From contig JAWODC010000078.1 in the NCBI GenBank assembly GCA_046483495.1, forward strand, positions 1-51,043: a stretch of DNA of 51,043 nt, given 5' to 3'. Under the pieces are notes generated by a model. That model had not been told where the DNA came from, did no database searches, and saw only the letters and a list, made by a program, of their open reading frames with translations. Positions 45,462-51,043 of this stretch are shown one piece after another. The translations under genes were made by a program, and so were the position numbers. Source of the stretch: Desulfobacterales bacterium. GTDB lineage: Bacteria; Desulfobacterota; Desulfobacteria; Desulfobacterales; UBA5616. Every line of letters starts with the position of its first letter. Position 1 is the stretch's first letter.

Positions 45462-46805
45462 ATGGAACTTCAGGACGTGGCCGAAAACATGTTTCTGCCG
45501 TTGCCGGGTGTGCCGCCCATTCTCATCACCAAAACGCAAGGGGTTTATCTCGAAGACATCTCCGGGTTGAGAATTATCGATGCCAGCGGCGGGCCGATGG
45601 CCGTTACGATCGGATACGGCCGAAAAGAGGTGGCGAATGCCGCTGCCAAAGCGCTGGAGGAAGTCTCTTATCTGCTGCCGGTATTCGCCTCCCGGGCACG
45701 GATAGAACTGGTGAAACGCATCAAAAGAAGACTGCCTGACATGTTAAGCCACGTATATTTCTGCTCCGGTGGATCGGAGGCTAATGAGGCGGCCGTCAAG
45801 TTCGCCCGGCAGTATCAGGTGCTGTGCGGCAGAAAATCCAAATACAAGGTGATTTCCAGAAGGCTCAGCTACCATGGTATGACCCTGTTGGCCCTGTCCA
45901 TCAGCGACATTAAAAGCCGGCAGCGCGATTTTCAGCCGATGCTCTGGAATTCGCCGAAGATCGAAGCCTGCTACTGCTACCGATGCGCTTTTAATGACCG
46001 GTATCCGGAATGCGGCCTGAAGTGCGCCTCGGCACTCGAACAGAAAATTCTCGAAGAGGGACCGGATACTGTTGCCGCCTTCATTGCCGAACCGATTGTG
46101 GCCTCGGCGGGAGGCGGACTCGTCCCGCCTCCGGAATATTTCAAATTGATTCGCGACATCTGTGACAGGTATCATGTCGTTTTTATCGTGGATGAAATCG
46201 TTACCGGATTCGGAAGGACCGGAAAAAATATGGCCATGGATCACTTCGATGTCATTCCGGACATCGTCACGTTTGCCAAGGGCGTCAGCAGCGGGTATGC
46301 GCCGTTGGCCGGCATGGCCGTAAAGGACGATATGGCCGCGGTTTTCAGCTCTTCCGGAGCCGAATTCCAGCACTTGTACACCTTTTCGGCACATCCCATT
46401 GCCTGTGCCGTAGGCAATGAAGTCCAGCGCATTATCGAAGAGGAAAATCTCATATCACAAGCGGAAAAAACGGGTCAGTATCTGCAGGAGCAACTGACCG
46501 CGTTGATGGATCTTCCCATGGTCGGGGATATTCGGGGAAAAGGGATGCTGTGGGCCGTTGAATTTGTAAAGGACAAAAAAACCCGGGAGCCGTTTGAAAA
46601 GGAATTCAATCTAAAGATGAATTTGATCACCACCTGCATGCTCAAAGGGGTTTTCTTCTATCCGGGGTATTATGAAGACGCACTTGGAAGAGGTGATCAT
46701 ATCCTGGTGGCCCCGCCGTTCATTATCACGGAAGAACAGATCGACACCTGCATGGGTGTGCTTCGGGAATCGATACTGGAGTTGAACGAAAAATATGCGT
46801 CATGA
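45462..46805 (+). CDS. Class III PLP-dependent aminotransferase
   Basis: SGGSEANEAAVK, SYHG, AFIAEP, DEIVTGFGRTG, FAKGVSSGY. Confidence 0.94.
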   Translation: MELQDVAENMFLPLPGVPPILITKTQGVYLEDISGLRIIDASGGPMAVTIGYGRKEVANAAAKALEEVSYLLPVFASRARIELVKRIKRRLPDMLSHVYFCSGGSEANEAAVKFARQYQVLCGRKSKYKVISRRLSYHGMTLLALSISDIKSRQRDFQPMLWNSPKIEACYCYRCAFNDRYPECGLKCASALEQKILEEGPDTVAAFIAEPIVASAGGGLVPPPEYFKLIRDICDRYHVVFIVDEIVTGFGRTGKNMAMDHFDVIPDIVTFAKGVSSGYAPLAGMAVKDDMAAVFSSSGAEFQHLYTFSAHPIACAVGNEVQRIIEEENLISQAEKTGQYLQEQLTALMDLPMVGDIRGKGMLWAVEFVKDKKTREPFEKEFNLKMNLITTCMLKGVFFYPGYYEDALGRGDHILVAPPFIITEEQIDTCMGVLRESILELNEKYAS

Positions 46806-46868
46806 TCCTTCACCCGAGCTGTTGCGGGCACGGGTTTTTTCGAGTATCGACGTTTAAGGAAAAGGAAT

Positions 46869-47861
46869 ATGGATATCGTTATTTTGGGCGCCGGAGCCAC
46901 CGGCTCGATACTGGCGGCGCATTTGATCAAAGCCGGAGAAAATGTCACCCTGATCGCCAGGGGCGCGCGCGCGGAATACCTGCGAACAAACGGCATCACC
47001 ATTACCGGGCTGGCCGACTTTACCGTGCCGTGTTCAGTGGTCACCGACCCGGGTGGGGTAAAACGCACCGATCTGCTGATCGTTACGGTGAAAACCTATG
47101 ATACGGAATCAGCCCTTCGCGGTCTGGCGCATCTCGACCTTTCCGCCGCTGTTTCCGTACAAAACGGCGTAATGAAAAATGATCAGCTCGCCGCGGTTTT
47201 CGGTAAGGAAAACACATTGGGGGGCGCCTTTTTCTGCAGCGGGGAAGTTGCCGCTGATGGAGCGGTTCGATTTACATTGAATCAATGCTTTTATGTAGGG
47301 GAGCTTGGCGGCGGCGTTACGGACCGGGTGCGGCATGTCGTCGATATATTGGCTCATTCAGGCATCACGTCCGAAGCATCGCCGATGATCGGTGCGGTTG
47401 AATGGTCAAAATTTATTTCCTGGCTGGGCATGATGTCCCTTTCCGTGCTGACGCGAATGGAAACCTGGAAGTTTCTGGAAAACCGCCATACGGCCCTCAT
47501 CGGCGTACGAATCATGAAAGAGGCGGCAGGACTCGCGGAAAGGCTCGGCATACCCCTCGAGGACAACCCGCCTTTCCCCATTCGATCCATGCGCCTGCAG
47601 CCGGAGGAGGAAACAGTCGAAACGCTTCACGGTATTGGCGAATTCATGAAGGCGGCCACCCCCGACCACCGGGTTTCGGCCCTTCAGGATCTCGAGCGGG
47701 GGCGGCGCCTGGAGGCCGGAGAGACCTTGGGCTATGTCCTGGAAAGGGCACGTGCGGAAAAAATTGAGGTGCCGACAGTTACGACGGTGTTCCATCTTAT
47801 CAGCGGCATCGATGACCATAACCGGTTGATGTTTGCCGAATCACGAGCCTCAGACAATTAA
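46869..47861 (+). CDS. panE: Ketopantoate reductase family protein
   Basis: ILGAGATG, VTVKTYD, SVQNG, WSKF, SALQDLERGRRLE. Confidence 0.85.
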   Translation: MDIVILGAGATGSILAAHLIKAGENVTLIARGARAEYLRTNGITITGLADFTVPCSVVTDPGGVKRTDLLIVTVKTYDTESALRGLAHLDLSAAVSVQNGVMKNDQLAAVFGKENTLGGAFFCSGEVAADGAVRFTLNQCFYVGELGGGVTDRVRHVVDILAHSGITSEASPMIGAVEWSKFISWLGMMSLSVLTRMETWKFLENRHTALIGVRIMKEAAGLAERLGIPLEDNPPFPIRSMRLQPEEETVETLHGIGEFMKAATPDHRVSALQDLERGRRLEAGETLGYVLERARAEKIEVPTVTTVFHLISGIDDHNRLMFAESRASDN

Positions 47862-47958
47862 GTGATCGTTTTCTAAAGGCATAATCGGCAACCGAAGTGA
47901 AGCACGGCTTTCAGCGCACGGTTACTTTCGGGGGCCCCTCGGCGGCAGCGTCATCCGT

Positions 47959-48417
47959 TTACAGAATACGGTAAATGCGATATACAACTTTACTGACTGC
48001 GATTTTGCCGATGCCGACGCAAACGATCCGGTTCAGCCATCCGTATTTCTCCGATCCTGTTTCAAAAACCGGTGTAGTTCGGAAATAGTATTCCGAGGGA
48101 TCCACTTCCTCTCCGGCTTGAACGCGCGCCATTACTTCCGGGGAAACCAAAAGGATCCCGCGGTACCAAACATGAATGAATGCGTCGTCATGCGTCTTAA
48201 TAGTGATCCGGACGTCTATTTCACAGGCACCGTCCGGCCGCATCAGGAGCCAGTCCGCGCCGAAGGGAAGAAGCGTGCCGTTGAGCTCCGGCCCGGAAAT
48301 CGATCCGCCTTTTACCGGATAAATCATTCGAATGCCCTTGGGTGTGGGGCCGACTGCCTGGGGGTCTTCCAATTCGCCGGTGCATTCACATAAAAATTCG
48401 AAGTTAAGCTCGGTCAC
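47959..48417 (-). CDS. DUF3237 domain protein
   Basis: GPTPKGIR, GGSISGP, GADW, TIKTHDD, YYFRTTPVFETGSEKYGWLNR; AGGAGG RBS favours GTG 48417. Confidence 0.88.
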   Translation of the reverse strand: MTELNFEFLCECTGELEDPQAVGPTPKGIRMIYPVKGGSISGPELNGTLLPFGADWLLMRPDGACEIDVRITIKTHDDAFIHVWYRGILLVSPEVMARVQAGEEVDPSEYYFRTTPVFETGSEKYGWLNRIVCVGIGKIAVSKVVYRIYRIL

Positions 48418-48583
48418 ATGCACCTCCTGTTTGCTTTTTGGTCGTTTTGAATGTGGTCATGCAAGAGGATGCTCGAAATGGAACAATAATTCTGAATGGC
48501 ATGTTTTTGCCGAAATATCAACCGGTTTGGCTCAATATACATGTGCTTGTTTCATCAACCGGCGTAAATCGTGGAGGGGCGTC

Positions 48584-49441
48584 ATGGCGAAAATTGGTTT
48601 TATAGGATTAGGGATGATGGGAAATCCGATGGCACTGAATCTTATCCGGAGCGGCTATGATGTGATGGTATTCGATATTAGACCCGATGCGGTAAGTGCG
48701 GCCGCCGGTCTTGGGGCTGAAGTCGCACCGCGCATCGATGTGTTGGGGACCTGCAATCCGATATTCATCATGGTGAACACCGGTCGGCAGGTGGAGCAGG
48801 TGCTCGAAGGAATTCGTCCCGCAAAGGACAGCGGTAATATGCTGCTTGCGGTGGTCATGTCCACCATATCGCCCAACCGGGTTAAAAATCTGGCGCAGCA
48901 GGTTGCCCCGAAAGGAATACAGGTAATGGATGCACCTGTCAGCGGCGCTCCCATTCTCGCGCAGGCAGGAGGTCTTTCCATCATGGCCGGTGGATCCGCC
49001 GAAGATTTTAACAGGGTCAAACCGTATTTCGCCGCCATGGGAAACGTCATCCGGCATATGGGCCCGCTGGGAATGGGGCTCACCATGAAACTGGTCAACA
49101 ACCTCGTGGCCATTACAAACGGTTATATGCTGACAGAGGCTATGAAGATCGGGATCGCGGGCGGTATGGACGTAAAAACAATGGTGGAAATGATCCGGGC
49201 CAGTTCCGGGAACAACTGGATCATCGAAAATTGGGACACGTATATGGGTTATCTAAACATGACTGCTTCTCAGCCCGGGCTTCTCGATGATTTTCACCAA
49301 ACGGCCGTCAAGGATATAAAAACGATGTTGGAATGGACAAGGTCATTGGGGATGAGCACAGGGGTGGTCGAGGCAGCCCTGTCCATCCTCGATTCCAGTG
49401 ACGCAATGAGTGAAAAATCCATTCATATGCTGACCTCTTAA
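48584..49441 (+). CDS. Beta-hydroxyacid dehydrogenase (3-hydroxyisobutyrate dehydrogenase family)
   Basis: IGFIGLGMMG, MSTISP, DAPVSG, MKLVNN; GGAGG RBS. Confidence 0.92.
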   Translation: MAKIGFIGLGMMGNPMALNLIRSGYDVMVFDIRPDAVSAAAGLGAEVAPRIDVLGTCNPIFIMVNTGRQVEQVLEGIRPAKDSGNMLLAVVMSTISPNRVKNLAQQVAPKGIQVMDAPVSGAPILAQAGGLSIMAGGSAEDFNRVKPYFAAMGNVIRHMGPLGMGLTMKLVNNLVAITNGYMLTEAMKIGIAGGMDVKTMVEMIRASSGNNWIIENWDTYMGYLNMTASQPGLLDDFHQTAVKDIKTMLEWTRSLGMSTGVVEAALSILDSSDAMSEKSIHMLTS

Positions 49442-49451
49442 GGAAGCGGAT

Positions 49452-50486
49452 TCAATCGATTTCCGGGTTATTTTGAAAAACCTGTTTTTTGACGTACCTT
49501 GACATTTCTATCACCTGCCCCAGGACCTTTATGCCGTTTTCGATTTCCGGGGTAAACGGGGACCCGCAGCTGATCTGAATATAGTTTTCAAATTGCCTGG
49601 AATTGGAGCAGACGATGCCGGGAATCAGGGCGATATTGCGGTTAAGCGCCTCCTGAAAAACCGTCAATCCGTCAACCCCGTCGGGAAGCTGCACCCATAG
49701 AAGCGATCCGCCTTCGGGCATAGCCAGGCGTGTTTGCGGGGGAAAGTGCTTTTGAATGGCCAATGCCGTCTGAATCATCTGTTTTTTCAAACGAACCCGC
49801 AACGTCCGCAGGTGCCGTTCATAGGCACCGCTTTTTAAAAAACGGGCGATAATGGACTGATCCAGCGTGGAGGTGGATACATTCATTCCGCCCTTCAGGT
49901 TTTGTATTTTTTCCCTGAACCGATCACCCGGCATAATCCAGCCGATCCGAAGCCCCGGGGCAAGTGTTTTGGAAAAAGAAGAACAGGTAATCACCAACTC
50001 GTCCCCATCGAAAGTCTTCAGCGGAACGGGCCGCTGTTCCCCAAAATAAAGCTCGGAGCTGACATCATCTTCAATCACCGGGATGCCGCGCCGGTTGGTC
50101 AGCCGGACCAGTTTCTTCTTTTTCCCCTCAGGGATGATCGCTCCCAGTGGATTATGAAAATTGGGCATCAGCAGGCAGGCTTTGATATCGTTTATTTCCA
50201 GTGCGTTTTCGAGCTCATCGATATCGATCCCGAATTGCGGGCTCGACGGTATTTCAGCCACCATCAGGCCGAGTTCCTTTAACAGCTGAAGATAACTGAA
50301 ATTGGTCGGTGTTTCGATGGCGACGGTTTCTCCGGGCCGGGTAACCGCCAAAAGTGCCACTGTGATGGCCTCCATGCAGCCGTTCGTGATAATCACGTCA
50401 TCCACGGAAATGTTTTTGATGCGACCTACTGTATTCAAGACCAGCTGCCGCCTGAGGTCGGGGTGCCCTTCGGCAAGCAGATATCC
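49452..50486 (-). CDS. MocR/GntR-family PLP-dependent regulator or aminotransferase, 5' truncated
   Basis: EGHPDLRRQL, IITNGCMEA, PNFHNPLG, IEDD, SSFSKTLAPGLRIGW; the N-terminal part is replaced by unrelated DNA. Confidence 0.88.
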   Translation of the reverse strand, partial: GYLLAEGHPDLRRQLVLNTVGRIKNISVDDVIITNGCMEAITVALLAVTRPGETVAIETPTNFSYLQLLKELGLMVAEIPSSPQFGIDIDELENALEINDIKACLLMPNFHNPLGAIIPEGKKKKLVRLTNRRGIPVIEDDVSSELYFGEQRPVPLKTFDGDELVITCSSFSKTLAPGLRIGWIMPGDRFREKIQNLKGGMNVSTSTLDQSIIARFLKSGAYERHLRTLRVRLKKQMIQTALAIQKHFPPQTRLAMPEGGSLLWVQLPDGVDGLTVFQEALNRNIALIPGIVCSNSRQFENYIQISCGSPFTPEIENGIKVLGQVIEMSRYVKKQVFQNNPEID

Positions 50487-50868
50487 CGTCTGTGTTGGAT
50501 GGGGAACCCTCGCGGGCCTTGGTCCCAGAATGAGGGACCTGGGTTTGTGCGGCACCGCCCACATCGTCAGTGACGAGACGGTATGGTCGATTTACGGTGA
50601 GAAAGCCAAGACCAGTCTTCAGGAGGCGGGCATCCCCGCTGATCATCTCAGGTTCGCTCCCGGTGAAGCGAGCAAGACGCTGGAAACGGCGGCCAGGATG
50701 TACGACTGGCTGGTCGAGTGCCGGGCGGAACGCGAGGACTGTATCGTTGCCCTGGGTGGAGGCGTCGTCGGTGACCTGGCTGGTTTCGTTGCGGCCACCT
50801 TCTTGAGAGGTGTGCACCTGGTTCATGTGCCTACCAGTCTGATAGCGATGGTCGATGCGTCCATCGGC
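50479..50868 (+). CDS. aroB: Internal fragment of 3-dehydroquinate synthase
   Basis: YPVCVGWG, PGEASKTL, ALGGGVVGDLAGFVAATFLRG, VPTSLIAMVDASIG; breaks before the expected GKT motif. Confidence 0.9.
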
Positions 50869-50997
50869 GCCGACCCGAACGCGGCGGTCCGCGCGGCCGC
50901 CGACCGACTCGTCGAGGTCGGCGCCGACGCCGACGCCGCCGACCTGCTCGACGCGGTCCGCGAACTCGACGGCGGGGACCGCCCGCATGACACCTGA
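50869..50997 (+). other. 3' end of an unrelated acidic protein gene from very GC-rich DNA (haloarchaeon-like style)
   Basis: ADPNAAVRAAADRLVEVGADADAADLLDAVRELDGGDRPHDT*; 51 of 60 bases in 50881-50940 are G/C; Asp encoded by GAC throughout. Confidence 0.5.
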
Positions 50998-51043
50998 GAA
51001 CGATCGAGTCTGAAGGCGATCGGGGCCGACGCGGTGGCGATCG

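Noticed and set aside
48497..48510. Sigma54 promoter TGGCATGTTTTTGC
   Set aside because: Only 9 bases separate GG and GC; 10 are required.
4530..50486. Selenoprotein read-through or tRNA/rRNA genes
   Set aside because: Genes ending in TGA already have complete C-termini, and I saw no cloverleaf or rRNA-like sequence by eye; tRNAscan-SE and bSECISearch would confirm.
50302..50997. 231-aa ORF as an AroB variant with novel termini
   Set aside because: Spans two junctions: antisense MocR sequence, aroB fragment, and foreign GC-rich DNA.

Overview
The window is a mosaic. About 46 kb (~4530-50480) is one continuous, housekeeping and metabolic stretch whose gene content points to an anaerobic Desulfobacterota (Desulfobacterales-like) bacterium; this taxonomy is inference. 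It is joined at abrupt mid-gene breakpoints to four unrelated pieces: an archaeal-type leucyl-tRNA synthetase fragment (1-170), a GC-richer defence-island-like pair (DUF2075 helicase-like protein plus an Fe-S/RecB-like nuclease-SF1 helicase, 171-4531), an aroB fragment (50479-50868) and a very GC-rich acidic-protein fragment (50869-51043). These joins look like library or assembly chimeras. The core carries csp, khpA, a GH38 glycosidase followed by a ROK kinase-PMI fusion, glpD, a radical SAM protein, CoA-transferases, acyl-CoA ligases, sirtuin/yqeY/mobB, asmA, gdh, acoX, IHF, a minimal SufC/SufB (SMS) system and cfa. Best leads: (1) a dispersed ~140-bp palindromic element with terminal inverted repeats and covarying stems, in 5 clear and several degenerate copies; (2) a secreted, extremely Asp/Glu/Tyr/Trp-rich small protein co-transcribed with the Fe-S assembly genes; (3) a GH38 with an altered sugar-binding motif coupled to a three-domain kinase-isomerase; (4) a CoA-transferase-GNAT fusion whose transferase active site is degenerate (candidate acyl-CoA-sensing lysine acetyltransferase); (5) the DUF2075 plus nuclease-helicase pair; (6) a perfect HcpR/FNR-type box at class II spacing. 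No rRNA, tRNA, CRISPR array or transposase was seen. All calls rest on motif recognition by eye; no searches were run.
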